From an uncultured Planctomycetales bacterium (GTDB lineage: Bacteria; Omnitrophota; Gorgyraeia; Zapsychrales; JBDRMG01), in NCBI GenBank assembly GCA_964478715.1, contig CAYZIY010000012.1, positions 1 to 52,931 on the forward strand: a DNA stretch of 52,931 nt. The letters are read 5' to 3'. Position 1 is the stretch's first letter; each line of letters opens with the position of its first letter. A program made the position numbers and the translations under genes. This document shows positions 16,846 to 25,552 of the stretch, one piece after another. The notes under the pieces were generated by a model. That model saw only the letters and a list, made by a program, of their open reading frames with translations. It did no database searches and was not told where the DNA came from.

Positions 16846-19817
16846 AATTAAAATTTGATGCGAACTTAGATTTTCAAAAAGAAGCAGCAGCTTCTATTGT
16901 AGATATATTTGAAGGGCAGGAGACGTGCCGGACTAATTTTACGGTTGCACCCATGCCTGAAAAAATGCTTTTTGATAATGATTTGGGCGTTGGAAATAAG
17001 CTCGAATTATTGCCGGATGAGTTATTATCAAATGTAAAGAAAATTCAGCTTAAGAATGGTCTCAAACCATCCTCTGGTTTGGATTCAATGAATTTTACGA
17101 TTGAGATGGAGACCGGAACCGGTAAGACATATGTGTATTTACGATCAATATTTGAACTCAACAAAAAATATGGATTTACAAAATTTGTTATTGTTGTTCC
17201 GTCCGTCGCGATCAAAGAAGGTGTTTATAAGTCGCTTCAGATCACAGAGGAGCATTTAAAAGCTCATTACGATAATATTCATTATGATTATTTTGTGTAC
17301 GATTCCCAGAAGCTTGAGCAGGTACGAAGCTTTGCTACTAACGATTATATCCAGATCATGGTTATCAATATCGATGCGTTTCGAAAAAGTTTTACCGATC
17401 CTTCCAAAATATCTAAAGCCAATGTTATTCATCGAACACACGATAAATTAAGCGGCAATAAGCCGATTGAATTTATTCAAGCAACAAATCCAATAGTGAT
17501 TATTGATGAGCCTCAAAGTGTAGATACGACCGATAAGTCAAAGGAAGCCATTGCGTCATTAAAACCGTTATGTATTCTTCGCTATTCCGCAACGCATCGC
17601 GAGCAATATAATTTGATGTATAAACTTGATTCAGTTGATGCCTATGAACGCAAGCTTGTTAAGCAAATTGAAGTAGCATCACTTCAGGTTAAAGATCAGC
17701 ATAATAAAGCTTATATTAAATTGCTTAAAGTTGATAATTCAAAAGGGGCATTAAGAGCGCGAATAGAATTTGATGTGCAAAAGACCGGGAAGATAAAACG
17801 AGACAAGAAGTGGGTCAAGCAGGGTGATGATCTGCATTCACTATCAGGCGGGCGAAATATTTATGAAGGATATATTATTAATGACATTTATTGTGAAAAG
17901 GGCAATGAGTATATTGATTTTACGAGCAATCCCGATGTGGTTTATTTAGAACAAGTTTTGGGAGACATGGACAGCCAAGAGTTTAAGCGTGTGCAGATAA
18001 GAAAAACAATTGAAGAGCATCTTGAAAAAGAGCTGCGTTTGCGTTCAAAAGGGATTAAAGTTTTAAGCCTTTTCTTTATTGATAAAGTCGCGAATTATCG
18101 CTTTTACGATGATGAAGGTGAGCCGCAAAAAGGGAAGTACGCGAAGACTTTTGAAGAAGAGTATCGTAGCCTTATAAAAAAGCCCAAATATAAAACACTT
18201 TTTGAAAATATTGACGTAGAAAGTTCGGCTGCTGAAGTTCATGATGGGTATTTTGCGATTGATAAAAAGAAAACAAAGGGTGGTAAAGAATACGAAGAAT
18301 ATAAGGATACAAAAGGTAATACTGCGTCAGATGAAAGTGCGTATAACACTATTATGAAAAACAAAGAGTGGCTTTTAAGTTTTGAGTGTCCCTTAAAGTT
18401 TATTTTTTCTCATTCAGCGCTGAAAGAGGGGTGGGATAATCCGAATGTTTTTCAAATATGCACGCTTAATGAAACTAGCTCCGAAATCAAAAAGCGTCAG
18501 GAAATTGGGCGCGGATTAAGGATTGCAGTAAATCAAGACGGAGATCGTGTTCATGGGTTCGATGTAAACACCTTAACAGTCATGGCAAATGAGTCGTATG
18601 AAGATTTTGCCGATGCTTTACAAAAAGAAATTGAAAAAGAGGAAGGTATCAGATTTGGCGTTGTTGAAGATCATACTTTTGCAAACATTGTCGTGCTGGA
18701 TGAAAACGAAAACGAACATTACTTAGGCGTTGAGACTTCTGAGAATATCTGGAAGTGTTTGCTCGAAAATAAGTATATAAATGAACATGGCAAGGTTCTG
18801 GAATTATTGAAACAGGATTTGAATGACAATTCGGTTAAGATTCCTGAAGAGTATACACAGGCTCAGCCACAAATATTGAAGATTCTAAAAAAGATATCCG
18901 GCAAGCTCAATATCAAGAACGCCGATGATAAAAGAAAAGTGTCTTTGAATAAGGCGGTGTATTTAAGTGAAGATTTTAAAGCCCTCTGGGATCGGATTAA
19001 ATATAGAACAACATACAGAGTTAACTTCAACGTCGAGGAGCTGATAGACGCCTGTTCAAGGGAAATAAAAGATAATCTTATCGTGGGACGGGCAAAGATC
19101 GTCTACCAAAAAGGTAAAACAGAGATCACAAAGGGTGGTGTCATTATTAATGAAGTCAGGGAATCAATGACTGTTTATGGTGCTCGTGATTATGTTTTGC
19201 CTGATATCGTTAGTTATCTTCAAAATGAAACAAATTTAACCCGTAGAACAATTGTGGATATATTGATTAAGAGTGACCGATTAGAGGATTTCAAGGCGAA
19301 CCCTCAGAAATACATTGATGAGGTAAGCCAAATCATTAGACGGACTATGCGGCAGTTTATTGTTGATGGAATTAAATATCAGAAGATTGGCGAGACCTAT
19401 TTCTATGCTCAAGAGTTGTTTGAGTCGGAAGAATTGTACGGGTATTTATCGAAAAATATGATTGAAAGCGCCAAATCAATTTATGACCATGTTGTTTATG
19501 ATTCGGATATTGAATCGAGTTTTGCTAAGGAATTTGAAAAAAGTGATGATGTAAAGCTATACGCAAAGTTGCCGGGATGGTTTAAAGTTGAAACGCCACT
19601 TGGAAGTTATAACCCAGACTGGGCTGTTGTGATTGAAAAAGATGGGGAAGAGAGGCTCTATTTTGTAGTCGAATCAAAGGGAAGTTTATTTACTGATGCT
19701 TTACGTCCAACAGAAAAAGCCAAAATTGACTGTGGGAAAGAACATTTTAAAGCATTAAAAACAGATGTGAGATTTGCAGTTGCCAATAGCTATGAAGGTT
19801 TTTGTGATAATTTATGA
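16842..19817 (+). CDS. res: Type III restriction endonuclease Res subunit (DEAD/DEAH helicase + C-terminal nuclease)
   Basis: Motif I is METGTGKTYVY, motif II is IIDEPQS and motif VI is QEIGRGLRI. The C-terminal PD-(D/E)xK is PDWAVVIEK...FVVESKG. There is an ATGA overlap with the upstream gene. Confidence 0.9.
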   Translation: MKLKFDANLDFQKEAAASIVDIFEGQETCRTNFTVAPMPEKMLFDNDLGVGNKLELLPDELLSNVKKIQLKNGLKPSSGLDSMNFTIEMETGTGKTYVYLRSIFELNKKYGFTKFVIVVPSVAIKEGVYKSLQITEEHLKAHYDNIHYDYFVYDSQKLEQVRSFATNDYIQIMVINIDAFRKSFTDPSKISKANVIHRTHDKLSGNKPIEFIQATNPIVIIDEPQSVDTTDKSKEAIASLKPLCILRYSATHREQYNLMYKLDSVDAYERKLVKQIEVASLQVKDQHNKAYIKLLKVDNSKGALRARIEFDVQKTGKIKRDKKWVKQGDDLHSLSGGRNIYEGYIINDIYCEKGNEYIDFTSNPDVVYLEQVLGDMDSQEFKRVQIRKTIEEHLEKELRLRSKGIKVLSLFFIDKVANYRFYDDEGEPQKGKYAKTFEEEYRSLIKKPKYKTLFENIDVESSAAEVHDGYFAIDKKKTKGGKEYEEYKDTKGNTASDESAYNTIMKNKEWLLSFECPLKFIFSHSALKEGWDNPNVFQICTLNETSSEIKKRQEIGRGLRIAVNQDGDRVHGFDVNTLTVMANESYEDFADALQKEIEKEEGIRFGVVEDHTFANIVVLDENENEHYLGVETSENIWKCLLENKYINEHGKVLELLKQDLNDNSVKIPEEYTQAQPQILKILKKISGKLNIKNADDKRKVSLNKAVYLSEDFKALWDRIKYRTTYRVNFNVEELIDACSREIKDNLIVGRAKIVYQKGKTEITKGGVIINEVRESMTVYGARDYVLPDIVSYLQNETNLTRRTIVDILIKSDRLEDFKANPQKYIDEVSQIIRRTMRQFIVDGIKYQKIGETYFYAQELFESEELYGYLSKNMIESAKSIYDHVVYDSDIESSFAKEFEKSDDVKLYAKLPGWFKVETPLGSYNPDWAVVIEKDGEERLYFVVESKGSLFTDALRPTEKAKIDCGKEHFKALKTDVRFAVANSYEGFCDNL

Positions 19818-19905
19818 GTACGTATTTTAAATATTCTTCCATAGATACAGTTAAAAAATTTGAGTAATGTAATATTAAAAGAAGTCAGTACTCAGTAAAT
19901 ATATT

Positions 19906-20646
19906 ATGTGTAAATATAAAGAATTATATGATATTTCTGTGCAGGTTCTTGGTGAAGAACAGCAGCGATTCAACCGAATGGATGAAAAAGCAGTTAAATA
20001 TTTTTCTGTTATTTCGTTCTTGATTGGGGTTTGCGTTTTTTTTGGCAAACAGTTAATAGCAGATAACATTCCACCTGCTAATTATTCTGAGTGGACGATT
20101 TTAATTTTTGGAAGTGTTTCTTTTTTGTCTCTATTTCTTGCATGGATATTTTGTTTTCTGGCGATTAAGCAACACGTTATAGAAAAAATGCCTTTAAATG
20201 ATGATATGATAAAATTTTTTCATGAAAACCGTTTGATCGATATTCACTATGCACTAACCAAGGCTAATAAAAAAGCACTAGCTATTAACCGAAAGAAGAC
20301 GGACAAGAAATCAAAGTTGTTAGCTAATGCGTATCGATCTATCCTAGTTTCAGTAATTACGTTAGTGTTTTTTGTGATTTTATGGAGCGGTTCTAAATGG
20401 CATAACGCTTATGAAAGTAAATTTATTAGTAAAGGAGATTGTATAATGACCGAAGAAAAAAAAGAAGAACAGAAACCCAAAGAAGATGTAGTCGCTCCTA
20501 ATTATGATCGACTAACAGCAAACGATCAAAAACCCAAAGAAGATGTGGTGGCTCCAAATTATGATCAAATTACTGAGGGGTATGATCCTGTAACGAAAAA
20601 AAATATCGAGAAGGGCGTCATTGATAAGAATGATACTTCTAAGTAG
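19906..20646 (+). CDS. three-pass membrane protein (SLATT/Pycsar-effector-like topology, tentative) with a 13-aa motif repeated twice near the C-terminus (19-aa period)
   Basis: An N-terminal amphipathic helix ending RMDEKAVKYF is followed by hydrophobic segments (VISFLIGVCVFF, ILIFGSVSFLSLFLAWIFCFLAI, ILVSVITLVFFVILW). QKPKEDVVAPNYD occurs twice. Confidence 0.55.
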   Translation: MCKYKELYDISVQVLGEEQQRFNRMDEKAVKYFSVISFLIGVCVFFGKQLIADNIPPANYSEWTILIFGSVSFLSLFLAWIFCFLAIKQHVIEKMPLNDDMIKFFHENRLIDIHYALTKANKKALAINRKKTDKKSKLLANAYRSILVSVITLVFFVILWSGSKWHNAYESKFISKGDCIMTEEKKEEQKPKEDVVAPNYDRLTANDQKPKEDVVAPNYDQITEGYDPVTKKNIEKGVIDKNDTSK

Positions 20647-20689
20647 TTTTGTTGGCAACATCATTTAAAATTTAGTAGAGGATAATGTC

Positions 20690-21316
20690 ATGAAACAATT
20701 TAGTTTTTATGAATTTTCTGGAATATTGTTGCCGGGAACAGTTATTTTATATGGATTGATTATTGCATTTCCTGATATGAAAGAATCAATTCTAGGGTTG
20801 GATGTTACAGTTGGTGATTTAGGAATATTTGTTCTTCTTGCGTATATTTGTGGACATATTGTTCAGGCGATAGGGAATTTTTTAGAGAATATATGGTGGA
20901 TGCGTAATGGGATGCCAACAGATTGGATTCGAACGAATAAAAAAGAATTGATATCCAGTCAGCAGAGACAAATTTTAATGGATAAAGTTCGCAACCAATT
21001 AGTCAAATCACCCAGCTTTGATATAGAAAAAATTAACAAGAAAGAATGGTATAGTATTGTGCGACAAGTTTATGCTGTCATAGAGGTGGCAGAACGGTCA
21101 AAAAGAGCCGATATCTTTAATGGTAATTATGGCTTAAATAGAGGGCTATCTGCTGCGTTCTTTGCATTGACTTTATTATCTCTGTTTTTAAATTTAGCCT
21201 ATTGGAAAGCTTCATTGTTATTGTTTGTTGTTGGATTAATTTGTATCTATCGAATGAATCGCTTTGCTAAGCATTATGCAAGAGAATTATTTGTGCAGTA
21301 TTTGTCTATAGATTAA
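20690..21316 (+). CDS. four-pass membrane protein, unknown function
   Basis: Hydrophobic segments are ILLPGTVILYGLIIAF, LGIFVLLAYICGHIV, AAFFALTLLSLFLNLAY and LLLFVVGLICIY. The gene is co-directional, with a 43-bp gap upstream and a 16-bp gap downstream. Confidence 0.55.
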   Translation: MKQFSFYEFSGILLPGTVILYGLIIAFPDMKESILGLDVTVGDLGIFVLLAYICGHIVQAIGNFLENIWWMRNGMPTDWIRTNKKELISSQQRQILMDKVRNQLVKSPSFDIEKINKKEWYSIVRQVYAVIEVAERSKRADIFNGNYGLNRGLSAAFFALTLLSLFLNLAYWKASLLLFVVGLICIYRMNRFAKHYARELFVQYLSID

Positions 21317-21332
21317 ATGGGAGGAAAATATT

Positions 21333-22403
21333 ATGAGCAATGTAGCTAAAAAAATTATAATCCCTTCTACTAAAATGCTTCGTATTATTTTTTTATACGT
21401 TGGTCAGGGTGATGCAACTTTAGTTGTTATTCCTGATGGGGATGAATATAAGTATATGTTGGTAGATTCTCATTTGGATGAGACTTGTGGAGGGATTGAT
21501 CTGATTAAGATGATGGAAGATTTATTTGATGGTGAAAAAGATGTGGGCATAGATATTTATTGTAATACGCATCCTCATAAAGATCATCTGGGAAAAGTAA
21601 AAGAGATCTATGAAAATAAAAAAATTGGAATTAAAGAAGTGTGGCACTCAGGACATAAGCCCGGCAAAGATCATGAGGATGCATATAAAGATTTGAAATA
21701 TGTTATGGATAAAATTGGCGATGAAAATGTTTATGTTTTGAAAGGAAGTAATGACGAAGATAAATTGAATGATAAAAAATATAAATTGGGAGATATTCAT
21801 TACAATATATTAGCTCCTGCGGAATATGTTGCTGATGATATTGAGGATGAAAAACCAAAGGATCGTTACAATAGGATACACGAACAATGTGGAGTAATAC
21901 GTTTGAAATATGGAAAAGAGGAAAAACAGATATTGATTACCGGTGATGCAGATTACGATGCATGGTCAAAGCATATAACAGAGTATCATAAAGAAAGATT
22001 GCCCTCTTTTGTTTTAAGCGCTGCTCATCATGGCTCAAATTCATTCTTTTGGAAGGGCGACCCTAAAGATGAAGATCCGTATAAAGCTCATTTAGATCAA
22101 ATTGACCCTTCTCATGTTGTCGTTTCTGCTCCGAAAAGAAAAGAAAGTCCTCATGGGCATCCAGATAAAGAAGCTATGGAATTATATAAAGAAAAGGTGG
22201 GTGAGGATAAGTTGCATCATTTGGGAGATAAACGAGAATGTGTGATTGTTGATATAAAAGAAGATGGTGACATTGAAGTTTATTTTGATGATGAATTGGG
22301 TGAAGAGTACGGTTTTGGCAAGAAAAAGAATGAAAACGGCAATGAAGATAAGAGGATTTACACAGGAGTTGTTACGAAAGTTGATAAAAAACCAATGGGG
22401 TAA
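21333..22403 (+). CDS. metallo-beta-lactamase-fold hydrolase (ComEC/Rec2-like MBL domain), C-terminal Gly
   Basis: LYVGQGDATLV, HPHKDH (HxHxDH), TGDADYD and AAHHGS are present. The protein ends ...KKPMG-stop. Confidence 0.85.
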   Translation: MSNVAKKIIIPSTKMLRIIFLYVGQGDATLVVIPDGDEYKYMLVDSHLDETCGGIDLIKMMEDLFDGEKDVGIDIYCNTHPHKDHLGKVKEIYENKKIGIKEVWHSGHKPGKDHEDAYKDLKYVMDKIGDENVYVLKGSNDEDKLNDKKYKLGDIHYNILAPAEYVADDIEDEKPKDRYNRIHEQCGVIRLKYGKEEKQILITGDADYDAWSKHITEYHKERLPSFVLSAAHHGSNSFFWKGDPKDEDPYKAHLDQIDPSHVVVSAPKRKESPHGHPDKEAMELYKEKVGEDKLHHLGDKRECVIVDIKEDGDIEVYFDDELGEEYGFGKKKNENGNEDKRIYTGVVTKVDKKPMG

Positions 22404-22405
22404 AA

Positions 22406-24781
22406 ATGAGCTGGTTTTCTAAACATCCAAACTGGCTCTACTCGGAGTCGATAGAGTTATCAAACAATTCTATATATAAAGAATCGTATCAATATATTGA
22501 TCGGTGTCTCGTTTCCGCAGGAAATATTATTCTTCATAAAGAGAAAACAGCGTACTTCCCAATATTAATTGCTTATCCTGATGCAACGCCTTATCTCCCA
22601 CCTATTGTATTTATCTTAGAGACACTTCCTAGTGATTCAGAGGTAAAAGAATTATCAAAAGTCTCAACAGAAGTGATATCAAAGAGTTTGTCCAAGAAGG
22701 CAAGATATTTTAATAGACGCCATCAAAATGAAGATGGGAGTGTTTGTTTTATTGAAACGAGTGATTTACATGGAGGAAATGCAGAAGTCTTTTCTATAAA
22801 AGACATTTTAAAAAGAATTCGTATTTGGTTGGCAGGAAGAATCCCAAAAGATAGTCGAGAAGTGGAATTGTTTTATCATTTTAGACGGCGATGTTATGAA
22901 ATTCAGTATTTGTTGCCAGATTTATTTTTTGATGAAGATATTGTGAAAGGGATATTTTATGCTGGATTATCTACAATTATGCCAGCAAATTATTTTGGAA
23001 AAAATAAATTAAAAAAGACGTATGTTGGAGTCTTAATATCTGGTTCCAATCAAGGTGGCATTGAAATTTCGCCTAAAATTTACACTCAAGAAAATTTTGT
23101 ACTTTTTGCGCATATCCCCAATCCAAAGAAAATTGAGCAATTTTTAAGTGGGGCAAAGGACGATAAATTTAAAGAAGATATTGGTAGGGGGAATGTTCTT
23201 TTGGGCTATTGGTGGGACATAAATAAAGAACCAGAACCATTTTCTTCGATCAGTGAACTAGCAAAATATATCGGAGCAGGAGATGAGAATAAAGGAATTG
23301 CCGATTTAATTCATGCCTTGAAAGGGGAACTAAGAAGTTTGCCTGATACCATAAACATTGGCTTAAGATTTCCTGGACGCTTTCAAAACAAAGATTGGCA
23401 AATGTTAAGACTTGAAAAAGGAACACGGTCTATTTTGTTTATAGATAGTGATGAAGAATTAAAAGAAAGGCTTTCGGATTACTCGATAAGCTCTGTTTAT
23501 CAAGAGTATATTACAGAGCCATATTATCACAAAAGAAACATAGGAAGAGCGAACAGAGACGTTTTGAAGCCAGCCAAAGTAGTTTTGATTGGTTGTGGCG
23601 CATTAGGTTCTGAGGTGTCTGATTGTTTATGTAAAGCTGGGATTGGAAATCTAATGCTTGTTGATAAAGAAAGCCTTAATGCACATAACTGTATTAGGCA
23701 CTGCATTGGATTAAATCGAGTAACCTTTCCGAAAGTTTTGGCAATGGCTGAACATTTAGCTTTACATAATCCTTTTGTAAATTTAGAACTTAAAGGCTGT
23801 GATATTTTAAGAAATAATTTGAACGAATATTTTCCTAATGGATTTATGGCTGTTTCTACAATTGCTGATGATAACACAGAATCTTATTTAAACGAAAAAG
23901 CTATTGAAGCAAATAAAACTGTATTTTATGCAAGAGCTTTGCGAGGAGGGAAGGCAGCACGAATATTTCGGGTGAAACCAAGAGAGGATGCCTGTAAAAA
24001 TTGTTTAGCTCTTTATCTGAAGGATGGTGGCGATTTATGTATAAATATTCAAGAGGATGAAAGTTTACCAATTATTACTAATGAATGTAATAATCCTGTC
24101 CGTCCTGCAAGCGCATCTGATCTTAAATTGATTGCTGCAATTGCTTCTCGAATTGTTATTGACTATTTACAAGGTGTTGGGAGTGATAAGAATCACTGGA
24201 TATTAAGTACTGAACAGTTAGAAGGAATTAAATTTTATGATAAAACATGGGGGATAGTTCAATCAGAATATTTGCCCCCACATCCAAAATGTTGTGTATG
24301 CCAAAATATAAGCGAAAAAAAGGTGTTTATTGCAAAAATTGCATATGAATTAATGAAGAGAGAGGTACAGGCGGCTGATGATCTTGAGACGGGTGGAGTA
24401 TTAATCGGATATATTACCGAGAACGGAGAGTTTGTTATTACGGTAGCTACAGAACCCGGTTCAAAAGCAATAAAAGAGGCATCGTTATTCTTAAAGGATG
24501 AGGAATTTACTCAACAACAGTTAGAAGAAGCTTTTAAAACATTCGGTGATAAAGGATTATATCTAGGAGAATGGCATTATCATCCTAGAGGAGCTTATGC
24601 TCCAAGTGGTACAGATATTAAATCATTAACTCAGATTGCTAAACAAGATTCATATCGCACGGATACGCCGTTATTAATAATCCTTTCTTCGGATTGTGAA
24701 TTTGGTCTTACTATTCACGATCAAAATGGCAGCTGTGTTAAATTGCCGTTAGAAGTAATCGAAACTTCTATCTCAGACTAA
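22406..24781 (+). CDS. E2(UBC-like)-E1(ThiF/MoeB-like)-JAB(JAMM) triple-domain fusion protein
   Basis: E2-like region is YPDATPYLPPIVFIL ... HQNEDGSVCF. E1 region is VVLIGCGALGSEV plus CKNC and CCVC. JAMM region is LETGGVLIGY ... HYHPRGAYAPSGTD (HxHx7Sx2D). Confidence 0.85.
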   Translation: MSWFSKHPNWLYSESIELSNNSIYKESYQYIDRCLVSAGNIILHKEKTAYFPILIAYPDATPYLPPIVFILETLPSDSEVKELSKVSTEVISKSLSKKARYFNRRHQNEDGSVCFIETSDLHGGNAEVFSIKDILKRIRIWLAGRIPKDSREVELFYHFRRRCYEIQYLLPDLFFDEDIVKGIFYAGLSTIMPANYFGKNKLKKTYVGVLISGSNQGGIEISPKIYTQENFVLFAHIPNPKKIEQFLSGAKDDKFKEDIGRGNVLLGYWWDINKEPEPFSSISELAKYIGAGDENKGIADLIHALKGELRSLPDTINIGLRFPGRFQNKDWQMLRLEKGTRSILFIDSDEELKERLSDYSISSVYQEYITEPYYHKRNIGRANRDVLKPAKVVLIGCGALGSEVSDCLCKAGIGNLMLVDKESLNAHNCIRHCIGLNRVTFPKVLAMAEHLALHNPFVNLELKGCDILRNNLNEYFPNGFMAVSTIADDNTESYLNEKAIEANKTVFYARALRGGKAARIFRVKPREDACKNCLALYLKDGGDLCINIQEDESLPIITNECNNPVRPASASDLKLIAAIASRIVIDYLQGVGSDKNHWILSTEQLEGIKFYDKTWGIVQSEYLPPHPKCCVCQNISEKKVFIAKIAYELMKREVQAADDLETGGVLIGYITENGEFVITVATEPGSKAIKEASLFLKDEEFTQQQLEEAFKTFGDKGLYLGEWHYHPRGAYAPSGTDIKSLTQIAKQDSYRTDTPLLIILSSDCEFGLTIHDQNGSCVKLPLEVIETSISD

Positions 24782-25040
24782 TCGTAGTCTGAATGCTTTT
24801 TCCCTCATCAGTCAATTCATAAATCCTCCCACGTTTATCCGCTGGATTAATGCATTTTGCAAGACCTTTCTTTGTAAGAAGACGTAGCACATCGCTGGTG
24901 CTGTTTAAACTTATTTTAGGATTGATTTCCTTTGCTTTCTTGAGTGTCTGCGTCGGGGTCATAGGATGTGTTAAAACACGCACAACGGCGGTTCTTTGCG
25001 ATCCGCTGACAACCCAAACATAAAGGTCAAGATTCACCAT
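24768..25040 (-). CDS. winged-helix (MarR/ArsR-like) transcriptional regulator
   Basis: PTQTLKKAKEINPKISLNSTSDVLRLLTKKGLAKCINPADKRGRIYELTDEG is an HTH plus wing. The start is uncertain (25040, 25052 or 25172). The short form places a conserved promoter motif upstream. Confidence 0.6.
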   Translation of the reverse strand: MVNLDLYVWVVSGSQRTAVVRVLTHPMTPTQTLKKAKEINPKISLNSTSDVLRLLTKKGLAKCINPADKRGRIYELTDEGKSIQTTISLR

Positions 25041-25075
25041 CTTTTTTAGCATAATGCTTAAATCATGCTTAAATA

Positions 25076-25094
25076 TTTTACACTGAAATAATAC
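25076..25094 (-). promoter_or_regulatory. conserved element-specific promoter/operator motif, copy 1
   Basis: The plus-strand text is TTTTACACTGAAATAATAC. It lies ~36 nt upstream of the wHTH start at 25040. Minus-strand reading is TTATTTCAGTGTAAAATATTT. Confidence 0.5.
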
Positions 25095-25552
25095 AGATTG
25101 ATTTAGTGATTTAACTATCTTATGCAAATATTTTGATAAAAAATGAGACAATCTGGATAAAAAAACAGACATTGTCAGTGTTTTTTCTGTGTAAAGTTAA
25201 TAAATGACGGCGTTACTACTTTGTGTCAGATACACAATGGATGAATACATGCTTTATAAAGAGGAGAAACGCTTGTGCGAGAAATACGGGGCGTCTTCGC
25301 TAAAAGAAGTTCTGCAAATTCAGAAGGATATGATCAGGGATCATTATCAGAAAGCATATACCAGACAATATCAATAAATTCGATTTCTATCGAAAGATTT
25401 TTAAATAGTATTCAAACTTCAGATAATAAATCGAATGCGAAAGGGATGTAGCCTTCGCCTTCAGGTAGGGGGGCTATGGGGTAGCAGGGGTACTTCAAGG
25501 CGAAAGCTATATATACGAGCATAGCTTTATGACTCAAAGAGGTGCTTGAGCT

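Noticed and set aside
25204-25377. 57-aa (or 46-aa from ATG 25237) + strand ORF between the wHTH and recombinase genes
   Set aside because: There is no clear RBS or motif. It could be a real small excisionase-like gene, but I cannot support it.
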